Source of the DNA: Mobula hypostoma
Lineage: Eukaryota
NCBI RefSeq assembly: GCF_963921235.1
Contig: NC_086109.1
Coordinates: 17,052,001 to 17,116,000 of the forward strand
Direction of reading: 5' to 3'
DNA: 64,000 nucleotides
Shown piece by piece: positions 1 through 13,014 of this stretch. The translations under genes and the position numbers were made by a program. Numbering within the stretch: the stretch's first letter is position 1; each line of letters begins with the position of its first letter. The notes under the pieces are model-generated. The model saw nothing but the letters and a program-made list of their open reading frames with translations. It made no database searches and was not told where the DNA came from.

Positions 1-270
1 AGGGCAGCCAGCATGACTCATACCCCAGTGAGATAGGGACATGTCAGTCCTAGCATGCGCAGTCAGCTAGTCAGCTAGTCAGCTCCAGCAGCCTGGGCAG
101 CTGAGATCTACAGTCAGATCCAACAGCAAGGAAAGCAGCATTGCAACGCTCCGCGGAGAGCGAAGGGTAGGACGAGGCACAGAAGACGCCGTGGTTATCT
201 ACTGCAACCACAGAGGATCCCAGATTGTGACACTTGTTTGTACCACTGGGCTCGGACTTCTGAGGTTGAG
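1..270. repeat. Interspersed repeat, same family as 63770-64000
   Basis: Both copies share gagatctacagt...gacgaggcacagaagacg...tgtaccactg. Confidence 0.7.
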
Positions 271-379
271 AGAGTGGAACTGCTGCAATGCAATGGCTTT
301 TCCACTTTAGATAATCTACCACAGAAAGCTCCTGTCATCATCAGACATGCTTTGTGTCACCACCAGCTTTGTGGCAAAG

Positions 380-872
380 ACAAAGTACAATGGCGTCTCT
401 TCCACCTCAGGCGAATGAAGAAGTTTGGCATGGGCCCCCCAACTCCTCAAAACCTTCTACAGGGGCACCATTGAGAACATCCTGACTGGCTGTATCACCG
501 CCTGGTACAGGAACTGCACCAACCTTGAGTGCTGGGCACTGCAGAGAGCGATACGGACAGCCCAGCACATCTGGGATTTGAACTTCCCTCCATCGAGGAC
601 ATTCACCGCAGCAGGTGCAGAAAGAAGCCCTGGAAGATCATCAGGGACACCAGTCACCCCAACCATAAACTGTTTCAGTTGCTTCCGTCTGGCAAACGGT
701 ACCACAGCATTAAAGCCAGGTCCAACAGGCTACAAGACAGCTTCTTTCTACAAGCCATTAGCCTTTTAAATTCACACGTCTGTACATTGCAACGGAGTCA
801 TTATGCAAAGATTTTTACTCCCTCACATTGTGGGATGGATGTGAGATTCAAATTAATTCTAATTCTAATTCC
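380..872 (+). mobile_element. Rex1/Babar LINE 3' fragment
   Basis: FYRGTIENILTGCITAWY...SHPNHKLFQLLPSGKRY RT C-terminus with a frameshift; (AATTCT)n tail. Confidence 0.8.
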
Positions 873-1139
873 CTGACGGACAACCATCTCTACAGTATGG
901 TACAGACTCATCCAGCCCAGCAATCCAGGTATTTAACACTAGCCTAATCACAGGAATGTTTACAATGACCAATTAACCTACTAACCGATCCATCTTTGGA
1001 CAGTGGGAGGAAACTGGAGCACCCGGAGGAAACCCACGAGATTCACAGAGGGCATACTCCTTCTTGATGGTGCTGGAATTGAACTCCAAACTCCTGAATG
1101 CCCCAAGATGTAATTATGTTGTGCTAATCACTAACACTA

Positions 1140-1800
1140 TGCCATTTAATATATTTAATAAGGTAGCCTCTTCGGCTTCTCTAGCAGAGAATTTCAGATT
1201 CGCTACTCTGGGACAAGCAGTTTCTCTTCATCGCCATTGTAAACCTATACCCCAAATCTTAAGGCTGTCCCCTAGTTCTAGTCTCAACTACCAGTAGAAA
1301 CAACTTTCCTGTCTCCATCTTATCTATCCCTTTCATAATTTTATGTGTGTTAATAAGATCTCCTCTCATTCTTCTGAATTCCAATGAGTATAGTCCCAGG
1401 TGACTCAAACTCTCCTCATAGTCTAACCTCCTCACCTCCACAATCAGTCTGGTGAACCTCCTCTGCGCCACCTACAAATCTAGTTTATCTGTCCCTCAGG
1501 TAAGGAGACCAAAACTGCACACAGTGTTCCGGTGCAGCCTCACCAGTACACAGTACTGTTGCAGGATAACCTCCCTGCTCTTAAATTCAGTCCCCTCAAT
1601 GAAGGTCAAAGATCCATATGCTTTCATGAAAAGCTGCTATACCTGCGAACCAACATTTCGTGATTTATGCACAAGCAATCCCAAATCCCTCTCCACAACA
1701 ACATGCTGCAACCTTTCACCATCTACATAAATATCTGATCTCCTATTATCCTTCCCAAGTCGATGACCTCACATTTACAAACGTTGTACTCCATTTGGTT
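1140..1800 (-). mobile_element. CR1 LINE 3' fragment
   Basis: QRRFTRLI...LYSLEFRRMRGDL motif. Confidence 0.8.
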
Positions 1801-1995
1801 ATTATTCAATTATAGATTTACTGAGTATGCCCACAAGAAAATAAAGCTCAGAGTTATATATAGTGACGTGATATACTTCAATAATAATTTTACTTTGAAC
1901 TTTGAACCTTTGAACTTTAATGCGCTCCTCACCAATCAGTACTCCAATGCTGCAAAGTTTACTAGACCAAAATCAATAAAATATATATATTTATT

Positions 1996-2337
1996 TCATT
2001 TCTTTTTTGACATGCATAAAAGTAAGATTACAAAAACTATTCCCAACAGGCCCCCTATTGCCACACCAGTGACAGTCACTCGAAGGACCATGTTGGCACT
2101 TTTAAAGAGATCCTTCACATTTTCCCAGAAGGACCTCCTCTGCTTCTCATTCACTGGGTTCCCCTCCAGAGTCTGTAATTCGTTCTGCTGCTCAGGTGAC
2201 AGAACTTTGAGATAATTCAGTTGCACCATGTCCTGAGGGATAACTCGGACTGCAATAAGCACTCGCTTTACAACTTGCATTGTTTTGGAGTTCTGCACTT
2301 GGCACATGTACGTCCCGGCATTCTTCTCCTTTATGTC
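1996..2337 (-). CDS. TMEM81: TMEM81 coding exon 2 (DIKEKNAGTYMCQVQ..., transmembrane helix, SKKK*)
   Basis: Polypyrimidine acceptor ctctttctctccccacaag|GAC, phase 0; GTYMCQVQ..VVKRVLIAVRVIP matches TMEM81 GTYRCDVQ..LVKRLYFGLRVLP; C-terminal hydrophobic helix. Confidence 0.9.
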   Translation of the reverse strand, partial: DIKEKNAGTYMCQVQNSKTMQVVKRVLIAVRVIPQDMVQLNYLKVLSPEQQNELQTLEGNPVNEKQRRSFWENVKDLFKSANMVLRVTVTGVAIGGLLGIVFVILLLCMSKKK

Positions 2338-2689
2338 CTTGTGGGGAGAGAAAGAGAATGAACAGCCTTGTGGTCAATTTTAGTCATAACTAAAGATATA
2401 ATTTCAGAGACAGCATAAATACACTTAGTGTGCAACATCTGTGAAGTAAGGAACATCCAAATGCTGAGAGTGAAGAAAAATTGCAGAGGATGACAATTTT
2501 GTACTAAACAGATAACACAAATCAAGACCTAGGTAAAGGGTGAAGGATTCATACCTTGGGCTCTGAGATCTGATGTCCTCTGCACATCCTCAAATGTGAT
2601 GGTTGTGAACAGAAACAGGACATTTCATGCTACATACAAGGAGAGACAAACAACCAATGTGCAAGTGACACAAATACAAAAATGAATGA

Positions 2690-2750
2690 ATAAATAAATA
2701 GAAGACAGATAGATAAATCAATAGATAGACATATAGATAGATAGATAAAT
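2690..2750. repeat. Degenerate (GATA)n microsatellite
   Basis: gatagataaatcaatagatagacatatagatagatagat. Confidence 0.8.
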
Positions 2751-4329
2751 CAAGCAATCCATCAGTGATACCAATAACATGAGTTGTACAGTCCTTGAAA
2801 GTGATTGCAGAATCTGTTTAGTGTTGTGGTGAGTGAAGTTATCCACTCTGGTTCAAGAGGTTGATGGTTGAAGGGAAATAACTGTACCTGAACCTGGTGG
2901 TGAGGGGCCAAAGAACAGTTATTACCCTTCAACCATCAAGATCCTGAACCAGTGTGGTTCTGTCAGAAGATTTTATTCAGATTGGCTAGTTAGGAGGCGG
3001 GCTTCCCATGGCTAGGATGACCAGTGTCAGTGAATATTGTAACTGTGGCAGACAAATAAATTTGAATCTTAGCTTTGAAGGTCAGGAACATGTGCACAAA
3101 GGATGCTCAAAGAAGCTCCAAGCTTTAGATCAATGGGGCACAGGAGTTCTCGGATAAGGGTCTATAGAAAATGCCTTCAGCACTTGACAACCTCAGGGGA
3201 GGGGAAACAATGTAGAATAGCAGAGAACATTGTACGGATTCAGGTGCAGGGGTAAAGGGAAAATAGTTTTATTTTTTTCATATGTCCAGCACCTACAGTA
3301 TTTTGCTTTCAGTCAAGTTTAATCCAAGTTTCAATATACTGCATGATGAATGAAGCCCACTGCTGTGAACAGGCCACTATGCATTGGATAAGGTGCAAAT
3401 TAGTTCGGGCTGATTACAATACAAGGAAATCGTAAGCCATCTATTAACTTTTGTCCTCACTAACCATCAATAATCAAAGTTATGACATCACTGAACAAAC
3501 AAAAAACATTTAGAGAAACCATAGTGATAGAATGCTCTGACATCACCAACTACACTTGCATTTATGATATCTGGGCTGGAAATGGGAATGTTGCAATCCC
3601 ACTGAACTTCAGGCACAATTATTAGGAGCGACTGTGAGTCTGATCAAGTTTAAGTTATAACTGCAATCCTTATAAATCCACAACCTATCAATTCTCTTTT
3701 CAGCTCTCATGTTCTTGATATTTATTGCTTATGTCATTTATTATTTTTTTCTTTTCTTTCTCTATTTGCACATTTTTTTGTCTTTTGAACATTGGTTGCT
3801 CATCTCTGTCATATGCAGCTTTTTATTGATTCTACTTACTGTGAATACCCGCAAGAAAATGAGTCTTAGGGTAGTATATGGTACATATACAGTATATACT
3901 TTGATAATAAATTTACTTTGAACTTTGAGGTCAGAGTAATTTCAAATACATTGGACAATATCCTCCACTATAATTTTATTTCATTACTTTAGCTCTTGTA
4001 GTTTAGATGATTCAGTGCCAAGTAAAAAAAAAAGCTCATTACTTGTCATCATTGTGAACTCATTATAAATGAGCCAGCCACCATTTGTTAGAAATGTTTA
4101 TCATGTTGTGCAGAGGACAGTTGCAGAGTTATTGGATTGTAAAAGGTAAAAGTCTGCTCCAGAATGAAAAATAACTGCAATCTCTCTCAATAGAACGCCT
4201 TGCCAATTGAAGCAAACCTTTCGCACCAGTACTTTTGGAGTAGCTGAAACTATGATGGATTTCATCAAAAAGCTTTTGAGCTGAAAATTTCAATCTAGCT
4301 TTGATATTAAAAGTAGCAACATTATAATT

Positions 4330-4810
4330 AGGGAGAGTGGGATGGAGGTGCCAAAGGAGGTGCAAGGTGCTCCTTCCCTCTGCTAGCCTGCAGGTCACCA
4401 CTAGGCAGAGCGTAACACCTGCTTAGCATCCCCCCCACCCCAAACAGGGTCACGTGACGCCATGGGAGCAGGTGGTGAGGTGGTGGATGGTCGTATGAGC
4501 AGCTGGTGCATATCACAAGTCCTGGTTATGTGACCACTGACGCCAGGGGGAAAATCTCTGAAGAGAATTGATAATGGCCGGTCGCCCATCTTGTAAAGAC
4601 ACTGCCCAGAAGACGGCAATGGCAAACCACTCCTGAAGAAAAATTTGCCAAGAACAATCCTGGTCTTGGGTGGGGAGGAGAGTGAAGGTGGCGGCGTGGG
4701 GGGTGGGGTAGGGGGTAGATCTTCCCCACGAGCAACAATCCCTTGCTACTTTTCAGATTAAGGACAGATGGAAGACCATGACCACCCACATCGTAAAACA
4801 CGGCACACAT
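4330..4810 (+). mobile_element. RTE/BovB-related non-autonomous retroposon
   Basis: 3' part gaagacggcaatggcaaaccactcc resembles the BovB/Bov-A type RTE tail. Confidence 0.55.
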
Positions 4811-7087
4811 TGATATAAAGTCCATAAAAATGTTCATAAGCAGGTTGCTTTTGTGTAACTTTTATCAATTTGATTTACCAATTGAGGAAACAAGAACATT
4901 CACAATAAATATTAATGCTACTGTTGAAAAGAACTGACAGATCCAACCGGTACAATAATAGAGAAAGACCAGAAGGATAGGGTTAATTAAATATTTCCAC
5001 AAAAAAATCTACAATAAACCTGCAGAAGGAATATGATTGGGCTTGGGTCTCTTCTATTTGCAATTTATTTCAATGACTTGAGCACTAAAAGTAGTTTACT
5101 CAAGTATTCGAGCCACAATATAAATATTTGGGAAAGTAAATTGCTAGGCTGCAGATGGACATGGGCATGGGCCAGTCTGGTGATTCAGCAAGAAGCTGAT
5201 AGATGGAGGATAATCTGACACAGTGCAATACAGCTTTAGTAGGAAGAGTATTAAAGCAGAATTTATTTCAAGGATTTGGATTTGGCAGTCTTGTATATAA
5301 GACAAAAAGAATGAATTAATTAATGAAAATGAATGAGGAGCAACAATTTATGCAAATTGCATGATAGTCTTTACTACAAGGGATGCACTATTAGGGTAAG
5401 CCTATCTGCAATTATACATAGTTCTGGTCAGGCAACATCAGGACTACAGTGCAGAGTAGAGGTCTCAGTAATGAAGGAACTATACATTTTCCTTGGAGGA
5501 TAGTGCAACAAAGGTTTACTGGGGGAGAATTGAGCACAATGGTCTTTTATTCTCTGGAGTTTAGAAGAATATGAAAAACACATTGCAATGTTTAAAATTC
5601 TTCAGTAGTCACTGAACGGCTGTCCTTTGTTGTTTGAGTTCCAATTCTGAGGGCGCAACCAGCCAATATTGAAAGTAATTAAATGTTCCAGGCAAGGTCA
5701 AGTCTTTATTCAGTTTTAAGATCTGGCTGAAAACTCAATCCATTCTCCACAGCGTCCATACAAATCTGACTGAAACTTGTACAATGCAGGTGATAGATCT
5801 GCTTTGCACGAATAGCTGCGATCCATCCACAACTGTGGCACAAAATTAATAAAAGCACACTTAAATTGCTCATTGAAAAGATTAAAGGCATCTTATAAAA
5901 GAATTTGAAATGATAATTGGATTTAGATGAATAGAAGATCTATTTCCTCAGAGGAGTCCCATCACACGTACAGCCCTCACCACCATCAGGGACATCTTCA
6001 AGAGACTGTCACCCAAGAACATCACTAAGCACCCTCATCCTCCAGGACGTTCCCTCTTCTTGTCACTGCATTGGGGAGGAGGTACAGGGGCCTGAAGACC
6101 CACACTCAGTGACACAGAAACAGCTTTTTCCCCTCCTCTATTTGATTTCTGAATGGTCCTAAACCTGTGAACACTGCCTTGTTAGTTCTTAATTTTTGCT
6201 TTTTCTTATTATTTATAATAATTTTATGTATCTACTCTGTACCACTGCTGCAAAGCTACAAATTTCATGCCATAACTCAGTGATAATAAATTTGATTCTG
6301 AATATAATTTGGGGCTCCGCAGCTTTACAATGGCTTTAATTCAGCTTTTATATTTTAAAGTTTAAAACAAAGTGAAATAATATTTCATTAAATGTTACAA
6401 GGTAACTTAAGTTGTTAAGTATAATAGTATTCTCCTCATATCCAGTTCAGGCACCCTCCAAGTGTATTATCTGACAGCAGGGAATCAGAGAGGTGAATGA
6501 TCCCATCTAATGATCCTAAAGTTACAGGGAGAAGGCAGGAGAACGGGGTTGAGAGGGATAATAAATGAGCCATGATGGAATGGTGGAGAAGACTCAATGG
6601 GCCGAATGGCCTGATTCTTACATCTTATAGTCTCATATAATGCTGAGAACCACAAGGGACATGGACCCACCATTAGGCAAACGTCTGGAGTCCAGTGAGC
6701 TGTCAGTAGCACATCACAGACTTTAAGACAAGTACAGAACCTACAGGAGAGGGCGTGAATGAATGTTCCTTTTCAAACTACTGGCCAAAGTAAACGATTT
6801 GGCATCTTATTATTAAAGAAGGCCATTTGGGAATGAAATCAGGAAGCACTTCTCTGTAATGGCTACTGGAAAACTGGAACACTTTGTCAAAAGGACACGG
6901 AAGCTAATTTAAAAACTTAAGTTTGTGATTTTTGCTAGGGACGTGCATCAAGAAACATCGTGGGGTGAACTGAAAGGCAGTCTTGAACTGACAAAGGGGA
7001 GGAGGCAGAATTGCTAAGTCCAGCCTCAGTCTTCCTCAGTAGCTGTCAAGTGCTTCATCAGTGAGTAGTATTAATGATGTAATACGA

Positions 7088-9490
7088 CTCACATGTCGAG
7101 GAACCAACTAGAGAGCAGGCTATTCTAGACTGGGTTTTGAGCAATGAGGAAGGGTTAATTAGCAATCTTGTCGTGAGAGGCCCCTTGGGTAAGAGTGACC
7201 ATAATATGGTGGAATTCTTCATTAAGATGGAGAGTGACATAGTTAATTCAGAAACAAAGGTTCTGAACTTAAAGAGGGGTAACTTTGAAGGGATGAGACG
7301 TGAATTAGCTAAGATAGACTGGCAAATGACACTTAAAGGATTGACGGTGGATATGCAATGGCAAGCATTTAAAGATTGCATGGATGAACTACAACAATTG
7401 TTCATCCCAGTTTGGCAAAAGAATAAATCAAGGAAGGTAGTGCACCCGTGGCTGACAAGAGAAATTAGGGATAGTATCAATTCCAAAGAAGAAGCATACA
7501 AATTAGCCAGAGAAAGTGGCTCACCTGAGGACTGGGAGAAATTCAGAATTCAGCGGAGGAGGACAAAGGGCTTAATTAGGAAGGGGGAAAAAGATTATGA
7601 GAGAAAACTGGCAGGGAACATAAAAACTGACTGTAAAAGCTTTTATAGATATGTAAAAAGGAAAAGACTGGTAAAGACAAATGTAGGTCCCCTACAGACA
7701 GAAACAGGTGAATTGATTATGGGGAGCAAGGACATGGCAGACCAATTGAATAATTACTTTGGTTCTGTCTTCACTAAGGAGGACATAAATAATCTTCCAG
7801 AAATAGTAGGGGACAGAGGGTCCAGTGAGATGGAGGAACTGAGCGAAATACATGTTAGTAGAGAAGTGGTGTTAGGTAAATTGAAGGGATTAAAGGCAGA
7901 TAAATCCCCAGGGCCAGATGGTCTGCATCCCAGAGTGCTTAAGGAAGTAGCCCAAGAAATAGTGGATGCATTAGTGATAATTTTTCAAAACTCGTTAGAT
8001 TCTGGACTAGTTCCTGAGGATTGGAGGGTAGCTAATGTAACCCCACTTTTTAAAAAAGGAGGGAGAGAGAAACCGGGGAATTATAGACCGGTTAGCCTAA
8101 CGTCGGTGGTGGGGAAACTGCTGGAGTCAGTTATCAAAGATGTGATAACAGCACATTTGGAAAGCAGTGAAATCATCGGACAAAGTCAGCATGGACTTGT
8201 GAAAGGAAAATCATGTCTGACGAATCTCATAGAATTTTTTGAGGATGTAACTAGTAGAGTGGATAGGGGAGAACCAGTAGATGTGGTATATTTGGATTTT
8301 CAAAAGGCTTTTGACAAGGTCCCACACAGGAGATTAGTGTGCAAACTTAAAGCACACGGTATTGGGGGTAAGGTATTGATGTGGATAGAGAATTGGTTAG
8401 CAGACAGGAAGCAAAGAGTGGGAATAAACGGGACCTTTTCAGAATGGCAGGCAGTGACTAGTGGGGTACCGCAAGGCTCAGTGCTGGGACCCCAGTTGTT
8501 TACAATATATATTAATGACTTGGATGAGGGAATTAAGTGCAGCTTCTCCAAGTTTGCGGATGACACGAAGCTGGGCGGCAGTGTCAGCTGTGAGGAGGAT
8601 GCTAAGAGAATGCAGGGTGACTTGGATAGGTTGGGTGAGTGGGCAAATTCATGGCAGATGCAATTTAATGTGGATAAATGTGAAGTTATCCACTTTGGTG
8701 GCAAAAATAGGAAAACAGATTATTATCTGAATGGTGGCCGATTAGGAAAAGGGGAGGTGCAACGAGACCTGGGTGTCATTATACACCAGTCATTGAAAGT
8801 GGGCATGTGGGTACAGCAGGCGGTGAAAAAGGCGAATGGTGTGCTGGCATTTATAGCAAGAGGATTCGAGTACAGGAGCAGGGAGGTACTACTGCAGTTG
8901 TACAAGGCCTTGGTGAGACCACACCTGGAGTATTGTGTGCAGTTTTGGTCCCCTAATCTGAGGAAAGACATCCTTGCCATGGAGGGAGTACAAAGAAGGT
9001 TCACCAGATTGATTCCTGGGATGGCAGGACTTTCATATGAAGAAAGACTGGATGAACTAGGCTTGTACTCGTTGGAATTTAGAAGATTGAGGGGGGATCT
9101 CATTGAAACGTATAAAATCCTAAAGGGATTGGACAGGCTAGATGCAGGAAGATTGTTCCCGATGTTGGGGAAGTCCAGAACGAGGGGTCACAGTTTGAGG
9201 ATAAAAGCGAAGCCTTTTAGGACTGAGATTAGGAAAAACTTCTTCACACAGAGAGTGGTGAATCTGTGGAATTCTCTGCCACAGGAAACAGTTGAGGCCA
9301 GTTCATTGGCTATATTTAAGAGGGAGTTAGATATGGCCCTTGTGGCTAGGGGGATCAGGGGATATGGAGGGAAGGCTGGTGCAGGGTTCTGAGTTGGATG
9401 ATCAGCCATGATCATAATAAATGTCGGTGCAGGCTCAAAGGGCCGAATGGCCTACTCCTGCACCTATTTTCTATGTTTTCTATGTCTATG
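7088..9490 (+). mobile_element. 5'-truncated CR1 LINE with an uninterrupted 751-aa ORF2 portion (7137-9392)
   Basis: KSPGPDG, YRPVSLTS, YLDFQKAFDKV, GVPQGSVLGP, FADD; CR1 3'UTR ggccgaatggcc and (TTCTATGT)n tail. Confidence 0.95.
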
Positions 9491-9519
9491 TAACAATAAC
9501 AACACTATTAATGCTGTAC

Positions 9520-10036
9520 CATTGAGAGCATACTCACCAACTGCATCTCAGTGTGGTATGGCAATTGTCCCGTATCGGACCACAAAGCACTCCAGCGTGT
9601 GGTGAAAACTGCCCAGTGGATTATCAGCACCCAATTTCCCACCATTGAGAACATCTACCATAAACGCTGCCTGGGCAGGGAGAAAAGCATTATCAAGGAT
9701 GCATCTCACCCTAACCATGGACTTTTTACTCTCCTCCCATCCGGTAGGCACTACAGGAGCCTCCGCTCCCACACCAGCAGGCTCAGGAAGAGCTTCTTCC
9801 CTGAGGCTGTGACCCTGCTGAACCTCACATCACAGCGCTAAGCAGTATTGCACCCATATTGTACTGTCTCAGTACTTTTATATTTGTGTGCTGTAGCACT
9901 TACTTTTCATTTGCAGTTATTTTGAAAATAACACTATTCTTTGCATTTCTGGTTAGATGCTAACTGCATTTCATTAGCTTTGTATCTGTACTCGGCACAA
10001 TGACAATAAAGTTGAATCTAATCTAATCTAATCTAA
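9520..10036 (+). mobile_element. Rex1/Babar LINE 3' fragment
   Basis: WYGNC...ALQRVVKTAQ...LLPSGRHYRSL; AATAAA followed by (AATCT)n tail. Confidence 0.8.
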
Positions 10037-10158
10037 TAATCAAAGGGAAGGCAAATCAGAGCTGCAAACTGATCTTACTGGATTCGTTTCAATATTTAGT
10101 TGCCCCATTTAAATTTATCAACTGGCTTTGTAAATATCACACTAATGCAAATTAATAC

Positions 10159-10620
10159 CTTGATATTAATCATCCATGGTACTGTTAAATTTCTTGATGA
10201 GAAGAGTCTGAATAGAGATTTATCTGTGGTCACAATTCCTTTCGAAATCTTCCAGACAAAGACAAAATCAGATGATCCTAATGTTTCAATTGTGTCATCC
10301 AGGCAGCTGATGTTTAAGGGGGTACCCACTGTGGTTGTCTTGGTGATCAGACCGCAGTCCCGGCTGATCAAGCATATGGCATTTTTCAAGACACAGTTAT
10401 TTTTAGTCCCAGTTTGGCTGACTCTACAGTAATACTCAGACCTCCACCCCAGCCCGCAGGTTTTGCTGCAAGGGTTTGCGCTTACCAGCAACAGCCCTGT
10501 AATAGTGACATTCTCCAACCCTGGGGGCAGGGTGTTCATGTCCCCTTGGCTGTTGGCCAGAAGACTAAGAGAAGGAAAAAAGATGAGGAAAAAGGCGAGG
10601 GGAGCATGAGGATGTGGCAT
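10159..10620 (-). CDS. TMEM81: TMEM81 coding exon 1 (signal peptide, CxxTCGLG region, start of Ig-like domain)
   Basis: CSKTCGLG, LNISCL and FVWKISKGIVTTDKSLF match TMEM81 (CTVTCGLG, FELSCL, FTWRLARGVISTDDEVF); phase-0 donor AAG|gtatta; adjacent to RBBP5 as in human. Confidence 0.9.
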
Positions 10621-11169
10621 TTCTATAGCAGGGCAAGGGGAAGGAAATAGAGGTGGGGGGTATTCAGTGCTGCAGATTACCCAATTTTAATGTCTTTATT
10701 ACATCAACCACCAGCACAATGGAGCAATTTTGGGCAGGGGTTACACAATGGCAATGTTGGTAAGGTTTCAGATGCACAATGCCCCGGTATTTGATGTCAA
10801 AGTAACCTGTAAGGCAATGCTGCTTACTATTCTGTTCAAATGGTACATTTGCTTCAGAAAAGGGGGTGAATATCTAGATGTTCTACTACTCAAGTGCACT
10901 ACTCAAACCTTAATTGGGAAAATGGAAACTTCCAGTCTGACTCACTACTGAAGTACATTGGAGAAATGAAGAGGAGAACTCATTCTGTTATGCTAATGAA
11001 TTAATTCCAGTTTGAGATAACTCAGTAGACCATTACCTTTTTAACAAGTGACAGTTAAACCTCTGCTAGTGGAAGTTATTAATACCAAGGTTAAGACTTT
11101 TTCTTCTGGGTTTTAATTATTAATATTAAATTGTATTTACGTTACCTTTCTCTTGGTCTTATATATTTA

Positions 11170-11565
11170 CTTCCCATTATGCCACCGGCATTTAGGGCAG
11201 CAGTGAAGGTCCTCCATCTCTGGTGGTGTTCAGGGTTTCCTTCATCATGTCAGTAGCTTCCTCTCAGTTTTCTCTACTGTCAATCATGCAAGTCCCGGGT
11301 AGAGACTCAGGAATACTGCCACACTCGGATGTAGAACGATTCTTCATTGCTGTTTCCATAACAATTGTGTTTTACCAGTCAAGGTAGTTAGCCCTGGGCT
11401 GAACTCCCAAACCTGAGTGGACTACTAGTCTGACCTCTACCCCTTGACCTGCTTGGCATGAATGCCCCTTCCAAGAGTCAAAAGCATAAAGCCCTGACTC
11501 CAGCCAACGTAACTCTCCAGGTCACTGAGGCACCAAAGCCTCCAAACCACGACAAAGCTTGGAGG
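11170..11565 (-). mobile_element. RTE (Expander-like) derived non-autonomous element
   Basis: The 11440-11560 end resembles the 5' module of the 53618-54007 element (gacct..gcatg..ccagcc..ctctc..ggtcac..ccaccac). Confidence 0.55.
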
Positions 11566-12234
11566 TTTCTCCTGGTCTATCTCATCTGAATTCACCTACA
11601 CCTGAGCATATTTTAGTCCGTGTGCTAGTAATTGCACTATCCTGCAGTCTGATTAAGGATTACTGTTACTTATCCTTTCGATCGAGTTCCAAGTGATTAA
11701 AAACCCACACTGTGGTAGTTACCAGCCACACACCAAAAGTGAAAACCTTTTAGCTGTATTCACCCTCCTTGAAATCATGTCCCAACAGAACAATGTCAGT
11801 GTTTCATTGTGATAACACAATGACCTCCCTGATGAAACATTTTAAATTGATGTGATAACTTGTCTAGGGAAAGATGGCATAAATAAAGCATAAAATTTCC
11901 TTAATACTGTTGTATTTCACACTAAAACTGGTCTTTAAAATCAACTGATGCTATGCCTTACCATATCCAGTTAACCAACACAGTAGACCTAATTGGCCTA
12001 TACTTGTGCTAGTCTGGCAATCCCTAGCTTTTAAATTTCTCAACCTTATTTTCAAATCTCTATTTAGCTTTTCATTTCCTCATTGCTTAAAACTCTGCCA
12101 TTTTATAACCATTTTATAATCCTAACTTGGATATTTTAAAACTCTAGACATCTATCTACTCCATGAAGATATTTACTTATTATATTAATTGAAAAGCAGT
12201 TATATTTTTCTCCCCAGAGTTAGGAAGAGAGTGA

Positions 12235-12665
12235 GACCATAAGACCCATGAAACACGTAGGAGCAGAATTAGGTCACTCAGCCCATTGAATCTGCTCTGT
12301 CATTCGATTATGGCTGATTTATTTTCCTTCTCGACACACTTCTCCTGCCATTTCCTCGTAACCTTTGACGCCTTTATGAACCAAGAACTTGTCAACCTAT
12401 GCTTTAAGTATACCCAATGACTTGGCCTCCCCAGACAATGAATTTCCACAGATTCACCATTATCTGGCTTGAGAAATTCCTCTTCATGTCTGTCTGAAAG
12501 AGACATTGTTCTATTCTGCAGCTGTGCCCTCCAGTCTTCGCCTCTCTCCCACTAACTGAAACATTCTCTCCACATACGCTCTAGATAGGGCTTTCAATAT
12601 TCAGTAGGTTTTAATGAGATCGACCACTCCCACCCCTCACCCCATTCTTCTCAACTCCAGTGAGT
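12235..12665 (-). mobile_element. CR1 LINE 3' fragment
   Basis: Reverse complement of the CR1 ORF2 end and 3'UTR. Confidence 0.75.
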
Positions 12666-13014
12666 ACACAGAGAGATAGAGATAGAGGGTCAGAAAGCAG
12701 GACGGTGGCGAGAAAGAAATAGGGGATAGTTGAAATTACTGGGAGTTGTATTGAGTTACAGAAATTATGAGAAAACATGGGAAAACTATTTGAATATCAC
12801 ATTATGCAAGCCAGTAAGCACACCCAATCACAATTGATTTTAGCCAATGTTTTGGAAGTATTTTGCATCCAAGTTTGCAGATGATACAAAGCTAAGCAGC
12901 GGTGTGGGTTTTGAGGATTCTGAAGGGCTTGGAGGGAACGTGGACTGTGTAAGTGAATGGACAAAGAATTACCAGATGTAATGTGGAAAATTAACCACTT
13001 TCACAGGGAAAATA

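Noticed and set aside
1999..2013. C-terminal MSKKK as an ER-retrieval signal in TMEM81
   Set aside because: Lysines are at -1 to -3, not the canonical KKxx or KxKxx spacing
7058..9415. Several minus-strand ORFs of 75-147 aa
   Set aside because: Antisense shadows of CR1 ORF2
10096..10158. Single-exon TMEM81 ending ...KPVDKFKWGN
   Set aside because: Lacks the second Ig cysteine and the transmembrane helix; homology continues in the exon at 2337
10791..10800. CRE-like ttgatgtcaa upstream of TMEM81
   Set aside because: A single imperfect 8-mer is expected by chance, and the TSS is unknown
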